A stretch of DNA of 63,622 nucleotides, the filler included, from Parasitella parasitica NRRL 2501 (taxonomy: Eukaryota > Fungi > Mucoromycota), in NCBI GenBank assembly GCA_025201805.1. It is 4 parts of 4 records of this genome, joined end to end, with 100 filler letters (N's around TTAATTAATTAA, not from the genome) between each part and the next. Parts side by side here need not be neighbours in the genome. Positions count along the whole stretch, not along the records: positions 29,688 to 52,215 come from MU619370.1; 3 more parts are not named here. One strand, written 5' to 3'. Made by a program: the position numbers and the translations under genes. The notes under the pieces are model-generated. The model made no database searches. It was not told where the DNA came from and was given only the letters and a program-made list of their open reading frames with translations. Positions within the stretch are counted from its first letter, which is position 1, and the number at the start of each line of letters is the position of its first letter. Shown here one piece after another: positions 30,471 to 44,468 of this stretch.

Positions 30471-30776
30471 TCACTATAATGATCTCCATTCCACTTCTAG
30501 ATTCATCCAGTTACCTTAAATTGATATTGATTACACATGTGCACAGTTAATAAGACGTACAATACGAATATATACTATATAAAATATAGGTTAGAGACGG
30601 CACGATTAGGGTGGATGACTCCATCATATATAATATACTGTCATTTCGTATCAAGACGGACAAAATTTAACAGCCGTACTGTCTATGTTTCATCATCTCT
30701 TCACAGATTTTTAAGGTTTTGGTTTAGTTTATCACCTGAATACAAACAAATGTTTATTCAACATGATTACGGTTAA

Positions 30777-32818
30777 CTATTTTTGATGTAAAATAGGAAC
30801 ATTTTTTCGTCTGCCTAAAAGAGTTGAATTGTTCATATCCAAATTAAAAGCTTGCCGTACTCTCTGATTTACAGCTGAAACTGGAGGATCATCTGTCCTC
30901 AAGTTACCAGCTAACTTCTTGATTAAAACAGTGCTACTTTCGCTTTTGTCGGTAGTGGTAGCTTGTGAGTCTAAATCCTTGCATAATGATTTTATTTGGT
31001 GTTTTGGATCAATATCAGATGGTGAAGGGGAAGAAGAGCAGCTACTGCTACTACTTTCATCATCATCTTGTCTTTTTTTCACCATGATATCTTCATCATC
31101 GATATCATCATCTTCTGAAACACCCAACGGGGCGTTAAATGCTTGCATCCTGAGGTATCCAGGTTGCTGCTGCACTATTTTTTTGTGCTCCTTTCGCTGC
31201 GCTCGTTCTTCTCCCATTCTGTGCACTGCATAAGACACTTCAAACGCTTCTTTCATAAATGCAATACCAGATAAAAAGATATCCTTTCGTTTAGATGATC
31301 GTGATATATCTTTGGGGGATGATGGTTTAATAGAGATGGTTTCTGCAGCAACTGATGTTGTAGTTGATGGTGGTGCCAGTAAATCAGGAGATTGCCGCTG
31401 TGGAATGCTTGCTGATTTTTCTTCTGCATTCTTTGTGTTCGCTGTTAAAGGTGCTTCAATTGGCGTATCCTATACAATCAAGTATGTATCTATTAATACT
31501 ACAATCGAATACTGCAAGCCTAATTTGTATCAAGAACCTGTCGATTTATCCATGGATGTGCCAGAAATTGGTCGATAGTGTATCTTTTCTTTGGATTGAT
31601 ATCTAGTAAATGCTGTATCAAATGCTTAGCATCCACTGAAATATGATCCCACCAGGGGCTTAAAAAGGTATATTGACCCTTGGCAACTTTTTTGGTTAAA
31701 GTGGAAATACTTTCGTCATAAAATGGAGGAAATCCACAGAGCATAGTGTACAGTACACAACCGAGAGCCCACATATCAACCGACTTAGAATACCTGTAAT
31801 GATTGTTAGTCAAATAAACTCTACTGCCTAACACAAGAGCAAACCTCATGTCATTTACTATCTCTGGTGCAGTGTAGCCCACAGTACCACACGGTGTCAT
31901 TGTTTGCTTATCCCAAACTACCTTGGATAATCCAAAATCAGCAATTTTTACTCTGCCTATACCACCACCGCCTAGACTTGGAACAAACTCCCCTTCATCT
32001 TCTTTGGGTTCGTCTTCATCCTCGGGCTGTGTGGGTAAAGGGCTGGTTTTTCGTTCCATAAATGGTATTGATTCAAATAGGATATTTTCAGGTTTGATAT
32101 CTCTGTGGACGACGCCTCTCTCTTCATGGAGATAACGAATCCCTTCCGCTATTTGTTTAATGCAGTGTCGAGCTAGATCTTCGCTGAAATAAGTCAGCTG
32201 CACGATTTGATGAAATATTTCACCGCCATTCATCAATTCCAATACCAGAAAAAAGTACTATTGAAGAAACAAAAATTCATGAGATACCATGTCCAAACCG
32301 ACGTTAACGTACGCTTACATCTTTTGTTTCAATAAATGCAAGCATTTTTATTATTGAAGGATGATTCAATGTGCGCATAATTTGACCTTCTTTTAGAACA
32401 CTTGCTTTCTGTAATGAGATTTTAATGTTATACAACGCTAAGGGGAGCAATAACCCGTGATTTTTGCTATAGTTACCTGAATTTGACTCAATTCCAGCTT
32501 CCTAACTATTTTTATCGATACATGCTGACCCGTTTTTTTATCAATTGCTTCGTAGACATTAGAAAAAGCGCCCCTATCATAATGTTCAATAATGCAATGA
32601 TGAATATATAGTTACAGTACATACTCTCCCAGCTTCTTTATCAAATCATATCGATCTTCGAGTCCTTCATATTGAGGCTGTTTTGATTTTGCAATGCTTT
32701 CTTGCTCAACAATGCGCTCAACTGTTTCTTTTCGGTGTACTTTACTCTCACTGTTATTAAGCGAACATCTACTAGAATTATTCCGAAACAGATTCTTGAG
32801 CTGATGCAATACAGACAT
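30777..32818 (-). CDS. CAMK-family Ser/Thr kinase (Srk1/Rck2/Cmk2-like MAPK-activated kinase), multi-exon
   Basis: GGEIFHQIVQLTYFSEDLARH, VVHRDIKPENILF, acidic insert KEDEGEF..GGGGIG.VKIADFGLSK, TPCGTVGYTAPE, YTFLSPWWD, MKEAFEVSYAVHRMGEE. Confidence 0.93.
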
Positions 32819-34598
32819 TGTATGTCTTTTATTTTATTAATATGAAAAGAAAAAGAAAAAAGAAGGAAATGCAATTTATTTTTGCAAATATAAAGGAAAA
32901 AAAAATAGTCTAAATATATCGAATTTGGAATTAACTTTATATATAAATTGCTGGCACCTTGACAATCAATTCCATAGCGTAGCATGCCTAAATAAAGGGA
33001 CTCGGATGTTGTGTAGGGCGGCATATAATAGTCGAACAATGATATCATACACAGAATTTGTTTGTTTTATATTGGGGCCATGCCCTCACAAAGTCGATCA
33101 AGTACTTTTCTTGCATCAGTGTACCAAGGATAACCTTGTCTATATTTAAAGCTTTTGAACATGTTTTTAAACGGTAGCCCTATTGCATGCATGTGCAAAT
33201 GATCTACTGAATTAAAAGGAGGAACATGAAACCCAAGTCTGTTTGCAACAATTGAATTATTAAATATTCCACAAGTTAGCCCTAGAAATCATTTACCTCA
33301 CTTGTGAATTATCGTCTGGATTGAATCCTTGCTGTTTAAGCAATTCTTTACCCAAAACTAACATATTCTCTACTGTAACGATGTCAAACATTGGTATATT
33401 ATAAATCTTGCTGTTTATTACATAATACAACATCACTTCCATCCAATTTTTTTACTGTATCGATGTGGATTTTGGGTATAATTAGGAAGTGAATTCGTGC
33501 TGATGGTGAACGATCTTTAAAAGCAAACAAGTCTTCCGTCTAACCGCAATAAATGTTATCAAGGTTTTATTTGTTAACGCTAAATATAACTTGCCTCTAC
33601 TACGATCCTGGACCCCACGTTCTCTTTAATATTGCAAAAGGTACACGGTTTATCGTCTATGTAACAGAGCATATTTGGATACAAAAACGGAAGAGAAAGT
33701 GATTCAGTGCCCGTGATATTTTTCTATTGATTCACAAAAGTCGTACGAAATGAAAGAAAGGGGCGTTTTAGAATAAGAGCTGCAAAAGTTTTTATTAGAG
33801 TTCAAGAGAAGATCAAAAATACGAGACTACTGAAAAGCATGCCTAATTGCTCATCGTATGTTTTTAATCAAATTTACTAGATTTTTTTATACGGTAAAAG
33901 TACTAAAATAAACTCTTTACGGCTCTCAGCCGCGAAAAAAATATCCAGAGATTGAATCAAAGAAACTTGAATAAGCAAAAATATAGATAACAGCTCAGAA
34001 GGAAAAAGAGAGATAGCCTACATGCTATGCTGGTATTCTATCTTTTTATAAGGATTTCCTTATTTCAGTTTGTCAAAAAAAAAAGCATTTCTAAGTGATG
34101 CTGATTTATTTCTGAAAATCGCACTCTGGAGGAACATCAGCCTTCGGATGTTTAGCCTGTCGAATGGGACAATCACTAAATTTGGAATTATATTGCCCCA
34201 GCTTGAACTTACCTCCATATGTTGCTTCAAAAGTTTATAATTAGCAATAGCGCCATAGCAAGTGGGACATTTGATCTATTTAATGCGTAATTAGCCAACT
34301 GCGAATGTATACAGGTTGGAAAGTGTGTAATTACTTGAAGACCGGCTGCACGAGCCTCTAATTGAGAACTTGATCCTGAACGCATAGCAGCTTTTTTTTG
34401 TGCCTTTAATCTTCATAAATTTTATTCAACTAAATGTTGATTTTATATAGGCCACTTTTTATTTACCTAGCTTGTTCTTTCTGCGCGCCACGAGCCATAC
34501 TTGATCAAATAGCGAGAAAAATGTAAGAAAAAAATAAAAAAGCGAGACACCCTTTGAAGCCTTCAACTCCGGTTAAACAAGGTTAAATATCAATTTTA

Positions 34599-35784
34599 TT
34601 AGGGCAGATCTTCGCTGGTAAAAGTACTAAGCTTATCAACTATTCTTGGGTCAATCACAATAACGCCATCATTCTTCTTTAATTCCTCAACTTTTTCATC
34701 ACCAATCCAATATTTCTTTTCTTGTTGACCTAAATTAGCATCTCTTTCCTCAATAGGTCGAGTATTGTTCAAGACTGCTGCAACAACGTATTTCCCGACA
34801 TCTTCAATTCGTCTATTATCAAAATACCACATCCAAAGTCGATAAGGGATGTTGCTCCAGCCAATTATATTGACATGAGGAATATACATCACTGGGGAGA
34901 ACCTTGATGGCAATGAAAAGTACTTCTCTTCTCCTTGATGTTGTGAGTCCGTTCCAAAATTTTCAGATTCAACAGGTTCCACTGGATCAACCTCTGTTTG
35001 TTGTTTTTCCTCTTGTTCCTCTGTACTGTTATCGAATTGACTAGTAGTTTCATCGGGAGTCTTCTGTTCCTCAGCAACAACTGCAAGACTGGCATCGCAT
35101 CCTTTAGATAACCCACTAAGCACCTCACGATATGCATTTCTACCTATTGCTAATATGCCATCATAGTCAGCCGTATTTCCAGCCTTTATTTTCATCATTT
35201 CTTTCATCTTAGGAGATGCAAAAGGGTTATTGCTATGTCCAATTAACTCTACATTGTCAACTTGTTCCTGATTTTCTTCTGCGGATTTCGATGCTTCTTC
35301 TGCTTCACGTCTTCGCTTTACAACCTCTTCAATGACAGAATTTTCGATCTGTCCTGCGGATCTAGCTTCTTTGATTTCATAATCTACAGCACCAGCAACA
35401 AGAATGGGCTACCAAAACCACTAAATTTAATCTTATTTCACAGGCAATAAATCTACAATAGTTTACTTTGACATATTCTCGAAACCAATTTCTACTCTTT
35501 TCAAGACCATCACCGGGAGGTGCAGATATATACACAAGCACTTTTCTCGGCATTTCCTTCAGACGGAAAATGTTATGTAATATGTTCACACTAGTTTGAC
35601 TTGGTCAACTTACATGAACATCACAGGGTCGATCGGCAAGGAAGGATACCCTTTGTACAAGTCGTACTCTGGCATCTTCTGCATTTTTATTACTTGTATA
35701 GATGATTCCACTGATTGCTCCTGCGACACTACTAAATATCAGTGTGCCTTTAGATGGCGCTTTCAAACCAAAGGGTAAAGGCAT
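34599..35784 (-). CDS. TIM54: Mitochondrial import inner membrane translocase subunit Tim54, multi-exon
   Basis: MPLPFGLKAPSKGTLIF..., MPRKVLVYISAPPGDGL...WFREYVK|PILVAGAVDY, GILAIGRNAYREVLSGL, YIPHVNIIGWSNIPYRLW. Confidence 0.88.
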
Positions 35785-36717
35785 AATTTTTTAATCAGAT
35801 TATTTCGTTAATACAAGAGGTGATGGGCTTGTCTCATCTTGATGGAACATTGTCCTAGGGTTGCAACTAAGATAGTCACGAACAATCCGGAGATCCAAGC
35901 CTCCTAATGACTATTTGGGGTTGCTTCAGTCTCCAAGCGCTATCAAACAACTATAAGAACTTCTTTTATTGAATAATGAGTGAAATGCTATACCTTTTCG
36001 TTACTAAAAAAAACCTACCCCTGAATTTGTTGCTAGAATACGGCTGTATTTGAATTTACGGAGGCCCTGTTACCACAGCAATCAATTTATGATCTGATCC
36101 ATCATGGACATTTAAGAAAGATTCTCAAGTTTAAAGGAAAAATTGAAACGTTTGCTTTTTGGAATAGATATGCAGGTTGGGCTTAACAGTGCTTCCACAA
36201 TCACAAAGAATTATGTAATAAAATAAAAAGGATGCATGTTTAGTAGCGGATTCCTCATCCAAACTCGAGGCCTCAACTCGGGACCAACGAAATCAGCAAT
36301 CATTTAAAACAAATGTTCAAGCCTAACATATAATACATATAAAAAAGCTAAGTTGTACAAAGGCAATTACGATAAATGAAAACGGCCTAATTTCGGGTAT
36401 TACAGTCAGTCAGAATACACAATTTTATTTCGCTTAGACTTATGATGTAATTATTAAGGGAGTAAAAAAAGTAAAATAAAACCTCCTTTCTGGATCGAAC
36501 AAGATATTTCTCGAAAAAATGTTAGATGCTGCATGTACAGGGTGTCAGGGCGATTGATTTTGGAAGTTTATACAAAATATTATGACGTATCAAAGCGGGC
36601 GTTTCAGCAGATTTCAGATTTCTCCTATTAAGGCATAGAATATAATTTACCAACAATTATAAAAAAGAAGAAAAGAAGACTTATGTTTTGGCCATCTTTT
36701 ACCAATTTTTTCTATAC

Positions 36718-38893
36718 ATGACTAATAATAACAATATTAATCTAGACATCACTGACAAAACAATCGCTAGCTTGGTCCAGCAACATTTAGTACATGACTT
36801 GAGCACGATCAACAGTGAAAATTCCTCTAATAATGATAGTAGCGCTCACAGCACAACTATTATTGCCGAAGATGCGAATAACACTTCTCCACCGATAGAC
36901 GCCGAGATTCCCGTACCATATCATTTACCAGGAGCAGCAATCACACATGACATATACACTCATGCCAATGACATAGTCATGGCAGCGCATATACTACCTC
37001 GTTCCAAATCATTTAGTGATCTAAAACAAAAAGCTGGCAAACTCATCTATGACGACGAAGTCGGCAGCGCAAACACAAGTATTCATGGTGGTGGTAGTGA
37101 GTATGATTCCTCAGAAGAGTTTGAAAATCTTGATAAACCAGGAGGGTTTCGTCGATTTCACATTCAACAACAGCATCGATTAGCAGCTGCTCAATCCAGC
37201 GAGATCCTGAACAATAATCCAGCTTTTCAAGAGCTTTTTCGTCCTGATTCCATGTGCTCAGCAGAATCACGTCAAGATTATACCACCGGACTATACCAAG
37301 TCGACACAGCAGGTACATCACAGCCCATGACCCGTCATTTCCTGGAATACTTGGCCCTCACATCGGTCATCAATCAGTTTGCAGGCGAAGATTTATCTGA
37401 TTCAGAAGAAGATTGTCAATTCCTAGTTGAGGATGAAGAGCAGCAGTTCTCGGAGCAAACGGCATTATTACCCAATAAGAGAAGACGTCATTCCATTAAA
37501 CAACAAAAGAAACTTGAGCACAAAGCTAACATTACAAAGACTTTGTTCCTACTTTTCAAAGCTTTTATCGGTAGTGGCATTTTGTTCTTGCCCAAAGCCT
37601 TCTCCAATGGCGGTCTTCTATTTTCGATATTTACCATGTGGATGATGGGTGGCATCTCTCTATATTGCTTTTTATTATTACTAGATTGTAAGGAGCATAT
37701 AAGTGGTAGTTATGGTGATATAGGCGGCCATTTATACGGTTCTTGGATGAGATCTATTGTACTGTTTTCTATTGCGATTTCTCAGGTAATGTATTCGTTT
37801 TGAAGAAACTTATTTTACATGTGTATATGTTTGCTTACGTGTATAGTGTCTTGCAGATGGGTTTCATGTGTGGTGGCACTATTTTTATTGTACAGAATGT
37901 TACCGAGGCAGTGCGAGCTCTCAGTGGTGATACGATTCATTTGAACGCCACCGCTGTTTTTGTGGTACTGGCCATCATGCTCATGCCTTTAGTATTGATC
38001 AGAAATATAGCTAAACTCTCACCCACTGCGCTTTTATCTGACGCATTGATTATCGGAGGGCTGATTTGCTTATTGATATTTGATGTTATTGAAATCTTCG
38101 AGGATGGAATTGCTTCACCCAAATCGGGCCCCGGCATTCACTGGCTATTTAATCAAACCAATTTCTCTGTATTTATCGGCACAGCAGTCTATTCATTTGA
38201 AGGCATAGGTTAGTAATCCGAGCAAAATTAGGTAAAACGTGATCTTAAGTCAATTTTTAGGTCTTATCATCCCAATTCGTGATTCCATGGAAAACCCCGA
38301 AAAGTTCCCTGCAGTTTTAACTACTGTTATGATACTGGTTGCTTCTACATTATGTTCGATTGGTGCATTAGGATACGTTGCTTTTGGTGAAAATGTAAAA
38401 ACGGTTGCTTTGTTGAATTTACCAGCTGGGGTATTGCCTAATTCAGTCCAACTGGGTTATGCGGTTGCTGTACTCTTATCCAATGCATTAACATTGTTTC
38501 CTACTATTCGTATTATTGAACAAGCCTTATTTGGTGAGCGTACTGGTAAACACAACTTGTACATCAAGTGGCAGAAAAATACCTTGCGTGCTGCCATTGT
38601 AGCCACGGGCACTCTGATCGCTTGGGCTGGTGCGAATGATTTGGATAAGTTTATTAGTTTGATTGGTTCTGTTTGTTGCTGTAAGTGGTGGTGTAACCGA
38701 CAGCAAGTTTAATACTAACTGAAGTTTATACTCAGGTCCACTGAGCTTGATTTTTCCTCCATTATTCCATCTTGCATTGCCTACAACCAAAGGCTCAAAG
38801 CGTGCGATCGACATGGCGTTGATAGGTTTTGGTTTTGTCATCATGTTATTTACTTTTTACAACACATCCAAGCAATGGGCAACTTCAGGATAA
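36718..38893 (+). CDS. Vacuolar amino acid transporter AVT3/AVT4-like (Aa_trans family), multi-exon
   Basis: LPGAAITHDIY, PGGFRRFHI, TRHFLEYLAL...FAGEDL, LFKAFIGSGILFLPKAFSNGG, GTAVYSFEGIG|LIIPI, LDKFISLIGS. Confidence 0.93.
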
Positions 38894-39049
38894 ATTTAGA
38901 TGAATTTATATCATATTTTAGAATACATATTATAATTATCAGTTAATCAATTAATTAATTCATCAATAGCAAAGCTATTTAACTAAAGAGTTCAATTGCC
39001 ATTTGCAAAATACAAGATCACACCAATTTTTGGCTACTAATGCATATTT

Positions 39050-39718
39050 TCAGTATGTAACGACAACTTTTTTATGGATCCAAGTGGTTGACACAAGGCA
39101 TTGATTGAGCAAAAAGTGGCCTACGTCTTGACGAGAAATCGTATAGCCCGATATACCTACATCAGACTTGTATTTACCTCTGAGGTTACCATCAGTGAGT
39201 AATGAGGGGCGTATAATGATCCAATCTGGAACAGAGCTATTCTTAGCTACTACCAGTTTTTCTAGTTCCTTTTTATCTTGATGAGGGGCATGTAAAACAA
39301 AGCGATACAAAGGGTAAAATAAATACGGAACTTCTATCATATTGTCTAGACCTGTAGTAGATACAGCTACGAGCCGCTTTGGTCGCTCATTCTGGGGAAG
39401 AGCTTGCAGCACTTGCAAAAGAAGAGCCATTGTATCATGGCATAAACCTGGATTAACCATGTCCATTTTCTTGAAATCAAAGGCGCTTCCAATTGAATAG
39501 ATTATAACATCTGTGTTTTGCACAGTCTCCTTCACAGTTTTTGCATCGAGCGCATCACCCTTAATGATGGTCAATTTAGATTTCTGATCTTGAGTGTAAT
39601 CAGCAATGTCTGGATTCCTGAGCAGCAATTTGAACTCATGTTCGCCTTTCTCAAGACCCTGAACAACCATTGCTCTTGAACAACCTTTAGAACCCCCGAA
39701 TACTGCAACTTTGACCAT
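39050..39718 (-). CDS. NAD(P)-binding Rossmann protein, flavin reductase/BLVRB-like (NAD_binding_10)
   Basis: MVKVAVFGGSKGCSR...LLRNP...IIKGDALD...WIIIRPSLLTDG...GYTISRQDVGHF. Confidence 0.85.
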   Translation of the reverse strand: MVKVAVFGGSKGCSRAMVVQGLEKGEHEFKLLLRNPDIADYTQDQKSKLTIIKGDALDAKTVKETVQNTDVIIYSIGSAFDFKKMDMVNPGLCHDTMALLLQVLQALPQNERPKRLVAVSTTGLDNMIEVPYLFYPLYRFVLHAPHQDKKELEKLVVAKNSSVPDWIIIRPSLLTDGNLRGKYKSDVGISGYTISRQDVGHFLLNQCLVSTTWIHKKVVVTY

Positions 39719-39989
39719 AGAAAAAGTATGGGAAAAAAATAGAATGGGTGTTATAGCTGCATTTATACAAATTTTTTGAGTTTCAAAGCCAAGATACTGA
39801 GATACACATTCAATGCTATTACGTAGAAAAAGGGGTGGCTCATTCAAGAGATGTTGCACAACATGATATCTATAGATATTATATTACACACTTTTGAGCA
39901 CCAGGATCTCTTTTTATTATTTAGAGCTGCAATTCTTCTGATCTGTAAAATTTTCTAAAACTATTTTATTGTCAAGCTTAAAAATCACC

Positions 39990-41616
39990 ATGCGAGGTTG
40001 TTGTGCAGCATTACCGATACTCGTTTTGAGTCATATCATTATTACAGTGATAACCGTGTATTGCATTCAGCCAATAAAAGGACAATTAAGCTGTATTGGC
40101 AAATACCCACCTCACATCAATGTCGACAACGAATATTCAATACAAAATACATACAATATACCCCCACCTTCTATAGCAGACATCGATGCCTCTGCTGATA
40201 GTAAACCATACATATTTGCAAAATCAATTCCAGTTTCTATTTCATTTCCCATTAAAAAGCTACATCAACCCGCACTGACTCACACTGATGAAAATTATCG
40301 ATGGAGATTCAGAATTCACAGTGCTGGCGCATTATCATTGAGTTTGATTTTTGATTCCTGGTGGCTGCCAGAGGGAGCTGAAGTCTACGTCTATAATGAT
40401 CAACAGGTTTGTTGCATTTGAGTACTTTAAAAAAGTGATTTAATAAGTTTTCTCACACACATAAACATTTAAAAGATCGTCTTGGGCGCATTTACAGCAG
40501 CATCCGCACATGACAAACGTACACACACATTTACAACTGCTCCATTACAAGGCAATTCTCTAGTGCTAGAATACGTCGCTCCATTTCGTGTGAATCAGTT
40601 GCCAAAAATACACATCAGTCGAGTCGTTTATGGGTATAAGCATGTCCCGTTCTTAGAATCACATTTAGAGCAAGAGTCGTACAGCGACATAAACAAACAT
40701 CAGCGCATTTTCTCTAAAAAAAACCAACATCATCACTCTGGCAAATGTAACATTGATTTGTCATGTGATGAAGCTGGTACTGACTGGTCGAAAGAGGCTA
40801 GATCAATAACAGTTTTATTAACAGACGAGAATCAAATGTATTGCACTGGCGTGCTACTGAATAATGCGCAGCACGACGGAAGGCAGTTGTTACTGACAGT
40901 AAGTGTACTAATTTCAATTAATACCAAAGACTCTTGACAATACCGTAGGCTTATCATTGCGCGAAATCCTCGAACCCTGCTACAGATATAGTCATGTTCA
41001 ATCACCAAAGGCGTACATGCAATGGATACAATAAGAATAAATTCATGTCTTATTCAGACACTCTTCGTGGCTTAAAATGGCTAGGTATTTCCCCTTGTAA
41101 AAGCTCTTGGATTATGCACACGTAAATACTCACATATTTACAGCCGGATCACCTATATCCGACTATGCATTACTAGAAATCGAGGAACCCATCCCTAGTA
41201 AATTCAATGTCTACCTTGCAGGCTGGAGCACAAGTGAGATGCCTGAACCACCACTAGTAGGTATTCACCACCCAAGCGGTGATTTCAAAAAGTTGTCAAT
41301 CTATAATGGGTATTTGCTTCCTGCGTGTTGGTCAGAATGTCCATGCAAAGGCCATTGGAAGGTGGAACGTTGGACGCGTGGTACAACTGAACCCGGAAGC
41401 TCGGGATCTCCTTTATTTGATGCAAGCCATAGAGTAGTAGGACAGCTACATGGCGGCAGTGCATCGTGTTGGAATAAAAACGGCTATGACATATATGGTT
41501 CGTTCAATACCTCTTGGGCAAACGAGTTGTGGGCATATTTGGATCCTCATAATCAAGTCATGACAACCGGTTCTATTCATATTGATGGTGTTTATCTAAA
41601 TCATGTCAACAAGTGA
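39990..41616 (+). CDS. Secreted trypsin-fold serine protease of the lysyl endopeptidase (Achromobacter protease I / Lys-C) type, 4 exons
   Basis: Propeptide WRFRIHSAGALSLSLIF..WWLPEGAEVYVY. SGKCNIDLSC, CTGVLLNN. Catalytic triad T|AYHC, SDYALLE, GTTEPGSSGSPLF. Also GIHHPSGDFKK and VVGQLHGG. Confidence 0.88.
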
Positions 41617-42021
41617 GTTCTTAGCTGTCAAATTGAACAGAAAATTACATTTTTGATCATTTTTAAACTTAAATTGCAAAATAAAAAAAATAAAAAGTGA
41701 TGTTTTGCCAGGTTTAGGTTCATAATGCCGTTAGTAATACCGTTGATTATGCATCGTTTGTAACTCTTAAGAAATGTGCACATTAAACGTAAACTATTGC
41801 TAATGAATGTAAAAACTTTTACTTGTGTTATGGTTTTAATTTTGTATAACATTGTAACTTGCGTAACTGAAAGAAAATTGTGTTTTTTAGCCGAAAATCT
41901 ATGGTTTATATTGTTATTACCCCACATACCGTAATAAAAATATATCAAAATTAAAATATAACAAAAACCGCCATTTGAAGGACAATTTTAATTTTCTTTT
42001 GTAAACCCTCACAAAAAATTG

Positions 42022-44143
42022 CTAGAAATCGATGGTTTTTTTAGTAGAAAACATATCAGGTATCTGGAGCCATTCGGTATAGTCCTGAGCAATTGATTAG
42101 TCACCGAAGTTGTGTAAAAGAAGCAAACTAGTTATTACAAAATGTTAAATGTTCAGTCATACGTCGCACTGCACCCGCTCATTTGATAGATGTGTAAAGT
42201 CAAGTAAACAAGTATTTTAGTATACGATCTCCGGACAGATTCAATCATAGAGAAGATGTATGCATAGATAATAACCAACCATTTGTAACAGCCAGTGCAA
42301 AGGCTAGAAGGGATTAATAGCTAATTTTTATTCGCAACTCTAAAAAGGTCTTGACCCAATTGACAGCATGCAAATCAATATGTAAACAATTGTTTTCTCC
42401 CATCTTGTGGCTATTTAGTAAGAGAGTATTTTGTTTTTAGTAAATGAATCACTCCTAAATGACTAGCTTCCATGAAAAAGGTCCCTTGATTGTCTTGGCA
42501 TTAAAGAGGGGTGATGGTGGGGATGATGAGAACTATTTTATTCAGTCAAATGCACACGTAGAGGTAAAGACCACCTTTTCAATCAGTAGAATGCTATCGA
42601 TGGTACGAGTTGATTTGAGAAAGATGGAACGCTGTAAATAATAATGATCCCAAATAGACACTGGAAAGTCTACATTGTGCATGTCTAATGCCAGTCTGAA
42701 CTGAATGTAGCAGGCAGCCACTTTAAATAATTTGGCTATAGTAGGAGACTGCTCACAGGGGAACACTTCAAACACTGCATCACCCAATAAAGATTGGTAA
42801 ATTTCAAGCCAAACAGCTTGGCTCATTTGATTGATGTGGTTTTGAAACTTGCATAGAGGAAAATTATCAGTTTGCAATGGCAGCTGCTTTAATCCAATTT
42901 AGACTTACTTGGCTGTCGTCATTATATGCTGTACGTGCATATAGAATCAATTGGATAAGGCTGTAAACAATAAAGCTTATGTACATTGGATGTGCTATCT
43001 GTAAAGATTGCAGACACTCTCTAAAGGTCTTTTCAAATTCTTGTTGGTTTGAAATGGAAGACGAACATATATCAAAAGCGATCGCTTGCGATGACTGAAT
43101 TTCTAAACGGTCTATCTGATTAAAATGGTAAATATACTCAGGTTATATTTATGTGATAAAAAAGAAAATTTGTATACCTCCAGGTTCCATAATGCTCTTT
43201 CTGTTAATTGTACAACAACATTGAACTTTGCATGTAAGGGCGAGTGTAAAGCAAGGCTCAAGAGTTCGATCCAAGTATCCGAAAACTAAAACAGCTTAAT
43301 ACTTCTTAAATAACCTTCAAGGTCAATCGTAACTTTACTTGGAAACATTCATTACTATCCTTGAATCGTAGCGGCTTCATTTTTGACCCAAATAAGATGT
43401 TAAATAGCGAAAACCTATGAAAATAAAGGTTAGATAAAGCCGTATGATGAATTGGAAGTAATTTGTCACCGAATAGTCACTTCCAACGCTTGTTCTGTGT
43501 TGCACTCTAAAAATTCTATTGGAAAATCGCTAGGATTTCGAATATAGCTTTCAATCAAATCATCACAGTTCTGCAAGCTATTATCAACATATCGAATAAT
43601 GTGATTAGTGTCCAATTTTAAATACAAAAAATTAATTTTACATTCTCTTGCTTTTTTCTAGCGATAATGAATCCAATTCTTTTTGCCAAGATAGACTAGC
43701 TAAAGGAGCACATTGATCTAAAATAGAATATAATACATGATATATTTCAATATCGTCCAAATCTTGCCTAGTATTACGAATCTATTATACTTTTTTTTAC
43801 AAAAACTGACGGTTTTACTATAAATGGACAAATTACGGACCTTCAAACAATATGAAAACATTATGGTACGGGCTTCACCCACAACATACATCAAATCTTT
43901 CTCATTATCGGCTAAATACTTTAGAAAGTATATACTAAAACATGTCAACGTAACGATTGGCTCGATGTTTAGAGGATGATCGACTAAATGCCTAAGGAAA
44001 ATAAGGCTAAAATTTTCGAATATTGCCGGATCTGCAGTTAAATGTTGGCTGATTTGCACTATAGATTCGTGATTATTCATCAGACTGGGTAGCATCTGTG
44101 CAAATGCGTTTTTGCTCGAGAAAAGTGTAGATCTAGCATGCAT
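42022..44143 (-). CDS. Hypothetical multi-exon protein
   Basis: Chain of minus-strand exon-like ORFs (43718-44143, 42542-42877 and others) with GT-AG signals, ending DYTEWLQIPDMFSTKKTIDF*. No recognised domain; start uncertain. Confidence 0.55.
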
Positions 44144-44468
44144 GTTTAATATTCTAATCTTGGCGCAGCCATTGTGATACTCTACGGAAGCATGGATCTC
44201 ATTTCTGTATACAAATTAGTCGCGTGTGTTTCCAAAGTTCTACGAGAATAAAAGGATGTCTTTGGAGTTATAATGAGGTTGAGAATGTAATGATTATTGT
44301 GGACATTTGGTGTGACTGACTACATGAGAAGGTAAGAAGGGAAGTTTCCCTGAATTCTTTTTATTTTATTTGCCAAAGATGGTAAAATAAGACCAAAAGT
44401 ATAAATTAAATAATTTCTTCTTTCTCTTTTCCTCTTCTTCTTTCATACTTTTTTCTCTATTACAAACT

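Noticed and set aside
31794-31845. Apparent peptide insertions in the kinase (MRFALVLGSRVYLTNNHYR) and in peflin (58140-58196)
   Set aside because: Both are ordinary short GT-AG introns that happen to lack in-frame stops.
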